From positions 58,524,156 to 58,588,155 of the forward strand of contig JARFYF010000002.1 in NCBI GenBank assembly GCA_030265395.1: a stretch of 64,000 nucleotides of DNA, given 5' to 3'. Position 1 is the stretch's first letter, and each line of letters starts with the position of its first letter. The stretch is from Rhina ancylostomus (taxonomy: Eukaryota). Positions 36,611 through 49,200 of the stretch are shown here, piece after piece. The notes beneath the pieces were generated by a model. The model was given only the letters and a program-made list of their open reading frames with translations, was not told the origin of the DNA and did no database searches. The translations under genes and the position numbers were made by a program.

Positions 36611-39546
36611 CATAATCCACCTTAAAATCATTCAGGTTTATATTGTGATAAAACTGCATTGATATTATTTATTATTTTATGTGTGCAACATATTTTAGCA
36701 NNNNNNNNNNNNNNNNNNNNNNNNNNNNNNNNNNNNNNNNNNNNNGATGGGGGCTTTAACAGTTTAGTAAGTTCATCCAAAATATACCGACCTGCATTTC
36801 ATTTACTATATTTTCTATTCACACTGCAACATTCTCTTGAACTTATTTGTCAGATGTGTTTAGCATTAGCTCTGACATAAGACTGTGCTAATGTGCCATG
36901 GGAAAGGAAACAAGTTGAAGACTTAAAGCAGATTGTTTCCTTTGCCTCACTCAAATCAACTTAGGTATAGCTCAATGGTACACTGGCATAGGGGTGTAAT
37001 TATTTTTGGACTCTTAAACTGGTAATACCTAATTCACTTTTAAGATTGGATTCTGAATTGCCTCCATTGCAGTATCTGGCTTGTGGCATTATGCCAAGCA
37101 TGGTCATTATTGAAATTGCACATCACATCACAATTTTGGTGAATAGTCTCAATGCTTACTCTGCAATTACATCTTTTGCTGCTTTAGGTTTAGAAACAAT
37201 TCCCATTTACAAGTGTGGTGTAAAGTGTGCAAAAAATGATGTTAGTACAAACAATACTCAGTTGAACATGGCTTACTTGTTAAAAGTGACAACTGAGTCA
37301 CAGCAAGGGTGGGGCAATGGATGTGCCACCTGCAGTAATGTCATAATACAACATGTGTTAGGTCACAAAGGTCTGTAAATTCTGGTGCAAAGAAATTGCA
37401 GTTTGAGACTTTCTGCTGGCTCAGAGGGTTAAAAATATGCACCCTCCTTTCAGATGGTGCAGACAAGCCAGGCAAATAATGGCCATTCAAATAATAGGAG
37501 AACCACATGCTTTTCCCTTAACAATCAGTGATATTTCATAAACAATGAGAACAAATGAGAACTGATAAGAATAACTTGTCAAAGCATATATACAGATAAA
37601 GATAAGGGAAATTCATTCAGAAGGAGATGACTACTTTTGAAACATCTTGCAACAAAACACAAGGGACTAAATGCATGTGGATCATATTTCCCTGATTTTC
37701 TAAACAGCCACGATTCCAAAACATCTTGAAGTTGAAAGAAATGAAACTTGGACTGCACAAAGAAGGTAGATATCACATTTCAATAAAAGGGCTTTTATTC
37801 TGACTTTAAACAAAATATCTAATGAACAGATGCAAGTATGACATACGATGAACTTGTTAATATGTGACAGAGTTGAAAAATGACATAAGTACCAGTAAAT
37901 AAATCTAGTCACAGATCTGTAGCCATTAGTTCATCACTGATGTATAGACCTCCTCAAAGTTTCTCGGCACAGTTCAAAGTTTGATTGCAGGTATACAATA
38001 CCAGTGTTAAAAAAAAACTCATTGTACAGATGCAAATGTTACTGCTGTAAATATTACAGCATAGAAATTAGCAATGTTGGAGCTTTTAATAATAACATTG
38101 AGAAAATAGAGCTGATTCTATAAANNNNNNNNNNNNNNNNNNNNNNNNNNNNNNNNNNNNNNNNNNNNNNNNNNNNNNNNNNNNNNNNNNNNNNNNNNNN
38201 NNNNNNNNNNNNNNNNNNNNNNNNATAGAGCTGATTCTATAAAGGCCTGTGCTTATACATCAGGAATTGATCATTTATTGGTGATAGCATTTGAAAAGTA
38301 TCTGTTCTGTCTCAGGTGAAATACTTGAGAAACTATTCAAGAAAATAGTTATCTCTTTTAATTTTAAGCTGAAGTGGGTGATATAAATCTGCATTTCTCC
38401 CTTTATAGTTTTGATACATGTGTTCAATTGCATTACACATGAATGCGTGAATGTTGAATATTCTAGTCAATTGACTTAAATAGCTAACAAATGCCCTCAC
38501 GTGTTACAGCCCTACCTCCTTTTCAATTTTCTTTATTCCAGATTATTTCCAAATAAGTCAAAAGCACTCTGGCATCTTGTCCAAATGACTATTATTCAGG
38601 AACAAGCCAGGGCAACGAGAGCCCATCTCTACTCCATGATGGAAAGTATCACATCTGAGCTCAATACTTGTTCTCAATGTCTTTTCATTCACATCTGCCA
38701 GCAGGAACCATTAGAAAGCAATCAGATGGCAAATCCTAAAATGACTTTCTTCTTCTTAACCTAAAAACACACATGCCAATGATCATGTTCCACCTACCAG
38801 CAGCCAAAGTTAGGTAACTGAACACAAATGTACAAATTCAGAACTGAAGACATAAGAGTGAATTGATAATATTTAAGCCTTTTTAATAAAAATGTGACTG
38901 TTTTCTCTGATGATTCATTTATATTTTGTGCTGCTGAGTTCGTACGAATTACTATTACATTTAGAATTCTTAAAACATGCAATTGATCAAGATTTCCATT
39001 AAAAATTATCCAAATTAACCTTTGAAAAATTTTAACCGATAATGGTTTGTCTTTTCCTTAACCACTATGTTTAAGCATAATGGGACTGATTTTCTGCCTC
39101 TGGACCTTGGTTGGACACCTGAATATCCTGGACTGGGACATTGAGGGGAGCATCTTATGAGCAAGTGTGATCTCAGTATTGGAGAGAATTCTTTTTTCAG
39201 TTTGGTCTTTTCATTGCCTCAGAAAACAATAGTCAGTATCTCAATTTTTTTCTCCTCTTTTCATTAAAAGCAATGGCATCCCCTTAACTAGAATCAGCTT
39301 TCTTGACTCTTTGTTATTATGAGTTGCTCTGTCCTAAACCCTTTATTTAATTCAATCTCAGGAGGGAGAATGGTTTCCTCCCAGTTTCAATAACGTCTAA
39401 ATCCAAATTTACACTCCCTTCCATCTCCCTTTGCCATTTCTAATGTTTTTATTATTTGAGAGAAAATGTATGTGATTGTAAATGTATTAAAACAGTTCAT
39501 TTATTTCTTTTACTGGATCTGGACATCATTGCCATATTTCACCTTG

Positions 39547-39638
39547 GTAGTCTCCAACCTGACAGCATCAATATCAATTTCTCTAACTTCCAGTAACGCC
39601 TCCCCTCCTGTTTTCTCTTATCCCTCTGGCCTCTTTAC
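39547..39638 (+). mobile_element. Penelope-like ORF end and 3' UTR start
   Basis: GSLQPDSININFSNFQ* followed by tccctctggcctctttac, which is also present at about 41325. Confidence 0.75.
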
Positions 39639-39779
39639 NNNNNNNNNNNNNNNNNNNNNNNNNNNNNNNNNNNNNNNNNNNNNNNNNNNNNNNNNNNNNN
39701 NNNNNNNNNNNNNNNNNNNNNNNNNNNNNNNNNNNNNNGATCAATGTAAATGGGTGTTTGGTGGTCGTACTGTATGACT

Positions 39780-40030
39780 GATATCCCAGAGCATTTTACA
39801 GTCAATTAAATATTTTTGAAGTTTAAGATCGGCAGTGAATTTGTACTCAGTAATCACCTACATACAGTGAAGTTAAGGAAAGTGTCATTCCTGTTAGTTG
39901 TTGGTTGAGATTTAAATGTTGGCCAAGACAATGAAGCATCTCCCTTGCTCTTCAAATAGAGCGATGGAAGCTCAGCCTGGTTGATAGGAAAGAAGGGAAC
40001 ATCAATTTAATATCTTATTTGATAGATACT
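39780..40030 (-). mobile_element. DeuSINE (SacSINE1-like), Deu-domain region, decayed
   Basis: atcccagagcattttacagtcaattaaatatttttgaagt...gttggttgagatttaaatgttggccaagaca...tgctcttcaaatag resembles the recalled antisense Deu-domain. Confidence 0.7.
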
Positions 40031-41039
40031 AATACTGCAGCTAGTAATACCTTTGGTCCACAGCACAGAAAATGGTCATTTGACCCAGTTGATCTATGCA
40101 AGCATTCATGCCCCCACATCTTTTCGTATAACTCTAACAGTGTAGCTTTCTATTTTCTTCTCTCTTAGGTACATATCTAGCTACTTCTACAGTCTATTAT
40201 TAATGCAATGAAATGTCATAGCAGTAAGCCAGATTGTGCTAATAGTTATCGATGATTCTTAGAGAGATGCCGACTAGTTGCAATTTGCCTGTGCAACAAA
40301 TAAATGCAGATTCACCACTGAAACCCAGGCGTTCTGTAACAAGTTGAGCTGATGAGTCAGATATTCTTTATATCCAGCATTTGAATGGAGTCACTGCCCT
40401 TCCCAGCTAAGGTGCTGTTTTTGAAAACATTATTTTAATTTAACATTAATCTTTTTAATTAAATATGTTTCTAAGAGAATTTACTATTTTATTAATACTT
40501 TTTATTATTTTTGTTATTTAAAAAAATTTGAACTGTTTCTAACTGCCTCTGATCATTAGAGACGCATACAAATAATGGATAAGATCTTTGACAACATAAG
40601 CTGTCAGAGGGCCATCAGGGTGGTCTGTGTAGAGCTTTAGCTTCTGCTGCTTGCATCTCGACTCTCCTTGTGGATTGCTCTGGCGTGTGGAAGGGTCACT
40701 GAGGCTGGGAGGATGCAAGGCCATAAAAATAAGTGCTGCCCACAGGTATAGTGGGGACATAAATGCAAGATGCTTGTGCCATCCTGTCCACTTTTTCAAT
40801 CTCTGGAATTAAAACTGAGTTACACCTTACAGTTAAAACTCATATTATTTCAACCCTTTTAAAAACAACAAATGAAAACAATATGTATAACTTTTATTTT
40901 GTTCCTTCTACATATTACTTGTCAATGGCCCTGGGAGCTTTAGCTTGAAAGAGTCACTGATGATATTCTGAGAGGAAAATTAGTGGAGAAAAAGTCATAA
41001 GTTGGTTTGAATAGCACCAGCATTCGTTCTGCAGGAGTG

Positions 41040-41692
41040 ACCCTAAGCTTCTGATTGCTGCCGCTGTAATTCTCCCACTCTGACTTATATGTCTGTGGCC
41101 TCTTGTGCTGTTACAACGAGGCCCATTGCAACATTACAAGCTTGAGGAGTAACATCTCATCTTCCATCTGGAATGATGCAACCTTCCCATTCAATATCAA
41201 ATTCTTCAACTTTAGGTAACTTGCTCTTTCATTTTCTGTCTGTCAGAACTGGCCATTTCTGCCAATCACGTATCTGTGATTCTGGCTTAGTTCTCTCTCA
41301 TACATTTAGCCTGGTTTAGCCTCATCCCTCTGGCCTCTTTACCCTTTCTCTTTCCCGTCTTGCACCCTGCCCATCACCCAGACCTTCCTCCCTCTGATTA
41401 TCTACCTCTTTCCCTTCATTCCTTGGTCTATTGTTCTCTCCTATCAGATTCCATCTTCTTCCACCTCTCACCTCCCAGCTTCTCACATCATTCACAATCC
41501 CTCCCCCACCTCCGTCTACCTACCCTCCTCCCTCACCTGGATTCCCCTACCCCCTCCCCCACCTTTTTATTCTGGATTCTGCTCTCTTTCTTTCCTTTCC
41601 TTCCATAGATGCTGCCTGACCTGCTGAGTTCCTCCAGCATTTTGCGTGTGTTGTTCTAGATTTCCAGCACATGCAGTCTCTCTTGTGTCTCC
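41040..41692 (+). mobile_element. Penelope-like element: GIY-YIG C-terminus, pyrimidine-rich UTR and terminal repeat
   Basis: SHSDLYVCGLLCCYNEA...KLEE*HLIFHL...NIKFFNFR*, then tccatagatgctgcctgacctgctgagttcctccagcattttgcgtgtg. Confidence 0.85.
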
Positions 41693-41699
41693 ATTTATT

Positions 41700-42008
41700 A
41701 GCCATCTTTACTTGGCCATTGTGAAGGGGGTGGTGACCTCCCAGTATCTGAATAGCTTGTTAGGCAATTTCAGAGTCACATATAGGACAGATCGAGTAAG
41801 GATGACAAACTTCCTCTGATGGACAAAGATGAACCAAATTAACTTTTACAACAGTCTGGTAGCTTTTGTGCTCATCATTACCAAGATTAGTTATTGATTT
41901 TAAATTCCAGATTATTTACTGAATTTAAATTCTGCAGCATTGGAATTTGAAATCTGATTAGTCTAGGCATTTAGGTTATTAATTTTGGTAAATTAACCAG
42001 TATGCTAT
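41700..42008 (-). mobile_element. Elasmobranch tRNA-derived SINE with LINE-like tail, decayed
   Basis: gagtcacatataggacagat...gtaaggatgac...ttttacaaca...aattccagattatt...gaatttaaatt. A second copy lies at 54445-54805 and a partial one at about 25625-25960. Confidence 0.7.
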
Positions 42009-42055
42009 CCTTATGCAATACTTGCAAGGTAAGAAAATCAGTAATGGCAGAGGCA

Positions 42056-42114
42056 GAGAGAGTGAAAGAGAGAGAGAGGGAGAGCGAGAGAGCGAGAAAG
42101 AGAAGAGAAAGAGA
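42056..42114. repeat. Imperfect (GA)n purine tract
   Basis: agagagagtgaaagagagagagagggagagcgagagagcgagaaagagaagagaaagaga. Confidence 0.9.
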
Positions 42115-43974
42115 CCCTTCAGCCCACTGTGTCCATGCTGACCATCAGCCACCTAGTTACATCAATTTATTGGTTTGGATGTGTAGCTGGTGGGCCATCT
42201 GCTGTGCTTCATCCTTACTGAAATTGAATTTTCTGCTCAGATATTTCACAAATGTCTTCCATTTTCTCTCCCCATGTAAGGAAGAACATTTCTCTTGTTT
42301 GGGTGCATTGGTGCTAATAAGGCTAATATTAGTACTAAAAGTTAAGAGCTAGCTGCCCTGGATCTAATGGCTTTTTTCCCTGCTATGGTTCATAAATTGG
42401 CAACCTAATGCTTCACCATGGTATCCCAACTCACCATTCAGTTCTGGAGCTCCTGAAATCCACTGAAGTGATCAAAGGCTATGAAACGGAGCGGAAAGAT
42501 ATCTCTGGTCTGTGGACAATGGCTGATAACATATGGGGAAAATAAGATGAATGAAACCATCATCATAACGGGCGATTACATGTGTGTAAATAAGTTCAGC
42601 ATTGATGAAATCTCTTTGGAGGAAATAGCTGAGGAAAATGATTGCACACTTGGGAATATAATGTACCATGAAATATGTGGCAAAACAGCTAATCTTTGAA
42701 TCTATTAAGATGAAACTGTATGAGGGATTGCAGGGTGGTTTACAGTATGTAATAGATTTTATCCAACTATACATAAAATATATGCATGCTATAATTGTCT
42801 CTGTACTGACCTCACTGCTATTGTGCCTCTTGCAGTACAAAGGTGGCTGCAGGTAGCACATTCAAACAAGGAACAACTGCTTTCAAAGATGAGGCAGTCA
42901 GGATTCTATGCAGTGTGTGCACTTCCAGTTCTCTTCCCCATTCAATACATGTTAAGATTTGCAAAACTCTCTGTGAAATGGGCACCAGTTGCTGTAATGG
43001 TACTACTTATGGATCAGCTTAACTGGAGGGCAGAATATGATGGGTATGACAATGGAATCCAATCCTGATGGAGGTAATCACAGAAGATACTTGCTTAATA
43101 ATTCAGCTTTAATTTAAAAAAAGTATCTTTAAAAGAATTGCTTCTTTAGGTTGGAGCTGGTAAAGTACTCAAATTCCAATGTCTAGTGAAAATTCGAACT
43201 AAATTAAATGTCACCATTCCCTACTAAATTTTGAACGATAGAGGGGATTCCTTTCCCAAAACTAAAGTTAAAAAAATAGATCTCTTGCCGTGATTACTCA
43301 GAAAGAAATTAACAACTAACATCTGCAGTAGTCACTTCTTAGATTACCTGTACATCATGGATTTCGAAGCATTTAATCATGTTATTCCTTTCCTTATAGA
43401 ATGGAAATCTAATATTAAAATTTCTGTCATTCTGAAATGTAGTGATTGATTAGTAGCTGAAAAACATCGCAGTAAAAGTAATAATAACATCATCAAAAAC
43501 TGACTGAAGAATGTATACTTTGGAGCTCAGTTTTAATATAATCCAGCAAAATCTGGGCTGTAATTGATTATCAAGGAGTGATCAATTGTTTACAAAATTT
43601 ATAATCTGAAGTAGCAGGCATGTGAGGAAGTAGCTGTAAGCTACAAAGTCAGTGAAGTACAGCTTTAGATGGAACGGGTACATGTGTAGGCCTCTTACAG
43701 TTCACACTCCCCAGGGACCCAAGGCATCCAGAATATCAGCAGACTTTCATGGGAACCTTTGTATAAGCCAAAGCAATTTTTGCAAACCTTGCAAAAAATG
43801 AATTACATGGGAGAGTTTTAGGTAATGTGTCATATATCTATGGCAGAGTACAGCATTGGAAACTCCAGCTAGGAAGATTAACTCACTAAATAGTAAAGAG
43901 AATAAATATACAACATCTGGCACGAGGATCAGATGAATTATTAAAACTTCATTGATTGCATACTAACAGCATGG

Positions 43975-44545
43975 GTCATTTCTACATGAGGCACTGTCTC
44001 AAGAAGGCAACATCTATCATCAAAGATCCTAATCATCTAGGCCATGCCATCTTCTCACAGCTACTATCAGGCAGGAGGTAGAGATGCCTGAAGTTCCATA
44101 TCACCAGGTTCAAGAACAGCTACTTCCCTTCAACCATTCAGTTCTTGAACNNNNNNNNNNNNNNNNNNNNNNNNNNNNNNNNNNNNNNNNNNNNNNNNNN
44201 NNNNNNNNNNNNNNNNNNNNNNNNNNNNNNNNNNNNNNNNNNNNNNNNNNATGCCTGAAGTTCCATATCACCAGGTTCAAGAACAGCTACTTCCCTTCAA
44301 CCATTCAGTTCTTGAACCAACCCGTACAACCCTAATCACTACATCAGTATAGCAACTCTATGATCACTTTGCAATAAAAGGTTTTGTTTTGTTCTAATTG
44401 TGTTTTCTTCCAAAAATTCTGTGTAATTTAGGTTTAATTTATGCTTTTCTTGTGAATGATGCTTATCTGATGCTATGTACAAGTAAGTTTTTCATTGTAC
44501 CTGTGCATCATGTACTTGTGTATGTAACAATAAACTCGACCTTGA
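43975..44545 (+). mobile_element. Rex-Babar-like LINE 3' end, with a segment duplicated around a gap
   Basis: HCLKKATSIIKDPNHLGHAIFSQLLSGRR..CLKFHITRFKNSYFPSTIQFLNQ, plus a 3' UTR ending acaataaactcgacc. Confidence 0.9.
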
Positions 44546-44974
44546 ATTTGACTTTTGCTATTTTGGCTAAATAACAATATTCCCATCTTGACATAGATGC
44601 ATTAGGTTCAGGTACCACCCCAGACAACCATAGCCCTAAATGTTGGATTAACATTCAGTGGGAATGTTTTGATCTGATGGGCATGGGTAGCCCTGATCTT
44701 CCAATGCAAATATCTCTGTATTTTGTAGCTGGGAGAAGATACTTAGCAAAGTACAATCATGAGAAAAGTAATGGAATACTGTCTCAACTATTTCTTAGTA
44801 AGTGGCTCTGGAATTTCATGTGTGACTCTTGAGTCAGCACCCACCTTGGGTGGAACACCAGAGAAAGATGGTTCAATATAGCAGAATCCTCACATATTAA
44901 ATGACAAAAGCTGGATATAAATTGATGTAAATAGATTATTGTTGATCTTAACCTTCAGAGAATTTTCCCTTTCC

Positions 44975-45797
44975 CCAGTGAATACAGGAAAGACTTTTCA
45001 CATACATATTGGAAGGACACTTTGGAAGGACAAACTCCAAGGCAGAGTACAAAGTTAATGGCAGGCTTCTTCAGAAGGTCAGAGGGCATGGGATCCAGGG
45101 AGGTTTGGCCATGTGGATTCAGAATTGGCTTGCCTGTAGAAAGCAGAAGGTTGTGGCGGAGGGAGTGCATGCAGATTGGAGAGCCTCTGCTTTTCGTGAT
45201 TTTTATTAATGACTTAGATGAGGGGGTAGAAGGGTGGGTTGGCAAGTTGGCAGACGACACAAAGGTTGGTGGTGTTGTGGATAGTGTAGAGCATTGTCAA
45301 AGATTGCAGAGGGACATTGATAGGATGCAGAGCTGGGCTGAGAAGTGGCAGATGGAGTTCAATCTGGAGNNNNNNNNNNNNNNNNNNNNNNNNNGGCTTT
45401 ACTCTTTGGAGAGAAGTAAGATGAGAGGAAACACGACAGAGGTAAACACAATATTAAAAGGAATAGATAGAGTGGACAGCCAACACCTCTTTCCCAGGGC
45501 ACCAATGCTCAATACAAGAGGGTATGGTTTTAAAGTAATGGGTGGGAAGTTCAAGGGAAATATCAGAGGAAGGTTTTTTACCCAGTGAGTGGTTAGGGCA
45601 TGGAATGCGCTGTCTGGGGCGGTGGTGAAGGCAGATACATTGGTCAAATTCAAGAGATTACTTGATAAGCATATAGAGGAATTTAAAATAGAGGGATACG
45701 TGGGAGGAAGGGGTTAGATAGTCTTAGGCGAGGTTTAAAAGTTGGCACAATATGGTGGGCTGAAGGGTCTGTATTGTGCTGTACTGTCCTATGTTCA
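44975..45797 (+). mobile_element. Relatively young CR1 LINE RT/3' end, mosaic with deletions and a gap
   Basis: WIQNWL..RKQKVV, PLLFVIFINDLDEGVEGWVGKLADDTKVGGVVDS, LQRDIDRMQSWAEKWQMEFN, LFPR...TRG.GFKV.GGKFKG..RGRFFTQ and a CR1 tail. Confidence 0.95.
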
Positions 45798-46125
45798 TTC
45801 CATGTATAATTGCAAGTTCTGTCACTGAGATGGGATCTCACTGGCAGGAAAAAAAGATTGTGTAAAATTTTAGGGAGAACCTTAACTCCCTTGCCAATGA
45901 GAATTAGCCTGCTTAGTAGATGCCAGTAGACACCAGGAAGGTCCAATAAGCGTAAAACTTTTTATTGATGCAGAACCAGGAGTTTAGAGCTCTTCCACTG
46001 TGGGGTCCCATTTCCCATACTCTTTCCTCCAGCACCCACCCTCCAAGTCATTGCTGTTTGTGATACTGCAAGGGAAACTGATGTACCAGACATCGACTCC
46101 AGGAATAAGCAATATAAGTGATAAA

Positions 46126-46217
46126 GCAACACAAAGTGCTGGAGGAACTCAACAGGTCAGGATGCATCTGTGGAGGGAAATGGACAGTTGACGGTTCAGT
46201 TCAAGACCCTTCATCGG
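46126..46217 (-). mobile_element. Penelope terminal fragment with degenerate hammerhead core
   Basis: gtgctggaggaactcaacaggtcagg...gacccttcatcgg; rc CCGATGAAGGGTCTTGAACTGAACCGTC. Confidence 0.7.
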
Positions 46218-49200
46218 AAGAAGTAAAAAAATATTTATCTTAATGGTGGACCAGCAGAGTTCAGCTTCTCAATACAGATGGACGAAGAATTGAACAAGGA
46301 ATCTTCTGATCTACTTGGCTTTCTACCACAATGTTTGATACATTCATTCGAATGCTGTAGTGTGGATTGGACTGAAACTATGCTATAGTTATTTAACGGT
46401 CATTGTTACTCTTCTATAGCTCGGGAAGCTGAAAGTGACAATAGGACTCTACCATATTGGCTGCTCATTCAGTGTTATTGTTTTAAAGTGTTAATTCCAC
46501 AAGTCTTGAATAAATCTGCAGCATTACTTGCAAATTACATCATTATTGTTAATCAAATACAGAGTCGTCAGATTGATTGTTCTTTAAACTTGGCAATGAC
46601 TCTTATTGTTCTAGTTCCCAGTGCAGATGGAAAATACTTGTTCAGAGGAGGACCATGCCCCCTGCTCCCCCTCCTTACTCCACCAAATAAATAAATGCAC
46701 TCCTCATAAATTTATATAGTAAATTAGTTACAAAATGGTCAAATATTTGAAACAAAAGTCTTCGTGTTTACAATACAAGCATAGTTAAATTCAGATTTGT
46801 TGTTCTGTGCATCTTTGCTGTGAAATTCAGTATTACATTATGCAGTATCATTGGATGCAATGTATGGTGATGTTCTGATAAACTATATTGCAGTGTGGAC
46901 AGATGGTGGTTTACACCAGCCATTCCTTTAGTTTTACCTTTATCCGGTCAGTCAGAGATGTTATTGCACAGAAGGTTTGGATGGAATAGAGGCAGATGTT
47001 TAACAGAGCACCATGAATTTTTAAATTCTGTCCTTAGAATGAAACAGTTAAAAATCAGGGAGCAGGTTGCCTGCAGATGCTTGTTATAACTTAATTGTTT
47101 TCTGCAACATCTGTCAAACAGACATAAACTTATATTGATATACAAAAATATTCTTTAGAGGCTTTGCACCAAAACACTACTTTAGCAGTTATACATTCAT
47201 GATGATAAGGCTCTTTAAATTTCCAAAACAAAAGAAGAATCAAAATGTGCATTGCAATGCCCCAGCACATTGCTTCATCAGATCTAAATAGTCTGCATGT
47301 GAAATGAGCCAGCAGTGAAGTAGCTAAGCATAATGGGGGTGAGGGAGATAAGTGCACACTGCTTGCACATTTGATCAATTATCTCATCCATGGTCCACAT
47401 TTAGTTTATTAATACAATTAGGAAAAAGGAAGCTCAATGGAGAAAACCAGTGCTTTCCTCCTCCCCTCCCCATACATCCTTTGAGATTTTTACTTTTTGT
47501 ATTAATTGTAATATATCTTACTTTGTTATGGGTTGTTAATGCATCTGTTTCAGATCCAGTAGTTCTAAGTTTCTATGTGGTTTGGAGTTAAGACATCTGC
47601 ATCTGCACTCAAAAAGAAACTCTTTCTACCAAATGCAAAGCTAAGTTACAAAATGCGCCTGCTCATCTGATTCTGATGTGGCATAAGGCAGTGATTAATG
47701 GTCTCTGGGTTAGTAACTATTTTCACATTTAACCTGTTTTTCTTAGTGCCCTTTGGTTTGTGTTAATGAAAGGGAATGTACTGTTGAACCCATATGTGGC
47801 AAAGCCACAAAAAGAGCTTTAATCAGTGCTGACTAGTGAATGGGATCATTCTTGAAAATATGTACTTTTGATTATGTATGAGTATTTCATCATCCACAAT
47901 AATACACTACATTTTCCCTCAATGTTTCATAATTAATTGTATTTGATGTGTCCCCAAAAAGGAATGCAAAACTTCTATTCTTATAAAAATATCACATCAA
48001 TCATTTCCACAAAAAGTCCATAGTAAGACGGGCCTCACTGACTTCATAAACTTTGTTTTATCATTTGGTTCCTTTTCAATTCACATATGCTTTTTTATTT
48101 ACATTTTCACAGTGCCAAGAAAGCTAGATGCTGCATGTGTATCAATTAAGCCCTTTCTTTAAATCAAGTATTGGCTTTAATGTTTTCACATAATATTTTC
48201 AAGCAGGATCTTTTTTTACAACTTTGAATAAAAATATATCACCATGATACCATGAAAACCCATGATGAAGTAGTACCATTAGAGTCCTGGGAAGATGACA
48301 GCTCTTTTTTCATGAGAAATACTTTAATGAGACTAAACATGGCCAAGCTAATTAATGGATTTTTACACAGTACAAGTACTCACAAATGTTCATTTGTCCA
48401 GAAGGAAAGAGTAACATCCAAATTATACCAATAGTTTTGCTTCTTCTGCCCTTATCCAAGGTTTGTTTCAAGAGAGGGCTTGCTTTAATTCTACATTTGT
48501 AGTCACATATTTCTCCTAGACCTGCAGCTTGTGAATTCCTCCCAATCATTTTAATCAACAGGAAAATCATATTGGCAAGCACAACAATAGAAATACAAGA
48601 ACACCCTGTGTTTGTTTCCATTTTTTTCAGATCATCTGGGAACCAAACTGATCCCTGACCTCCCATACAGAAGGTAATCCCATGACTGCTTGCCACTTAA
48701 ATTTGTTAACTTCATCGCAGTGTACGTTGTTATTGATGCTGAGTGTTACCTCATTATGGAGGTCTCCAACAGAGGAAGAGAGAAACATCACCATTGTGCA
48801 ATGTTACCCTTCTGATTTGAGTTGCAATTCCTGTGAGTAGCTGACATTGTGAGCTTTGAAGTGCTAAAGGCAAGGACAAAATACAGTCCATTTGACAACT
48901 GCTGGCAAGAACACCTCTGAGGGAGATGGAAGGTGAAATCTATCAATCAACCCATGATATCCTGCATGTCCCTCTCTCTCTCAATATGCATGTATCTGCC
49001 CATGCACATATCTGCCCCACCTTGGCTGAATTCTTCCATCATTGTTCTATTTTCTATCATAAAAAAGTGTGATACCATTATCACACCACCCTAGTTAGTT
49101 TAAAAAATAATTTTCCNNNNNNNNNNNNNNNNNNNNTGTAGGTCTGTGCTTTTTCACATTCAGCAGGTGATGCTGTACCTCATACATTGTCATGCTGGAG

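Noticed and set aside
38106-38243. 19-bp direct repeat atagagctgattctataaa flanking a gap
   Set aside because: It may be a contig overlap or the TSD of an unassembled insertion; it cannot be resolved and is not CRISPR-like.
44084-44318. Apparent direct repeat of about 67 bp
   Set aside because: The copies sit on either side of a 100-N gap, the signature of overlapping contig ends rather than a real duplication.
45022-45588. Longest ORF (188 aa) as a functional reverse transcriptase gene
   Set aside because: It is a CR1 fragment with a junk N-terminus, a missing GVPQG motif and an internal N gap.
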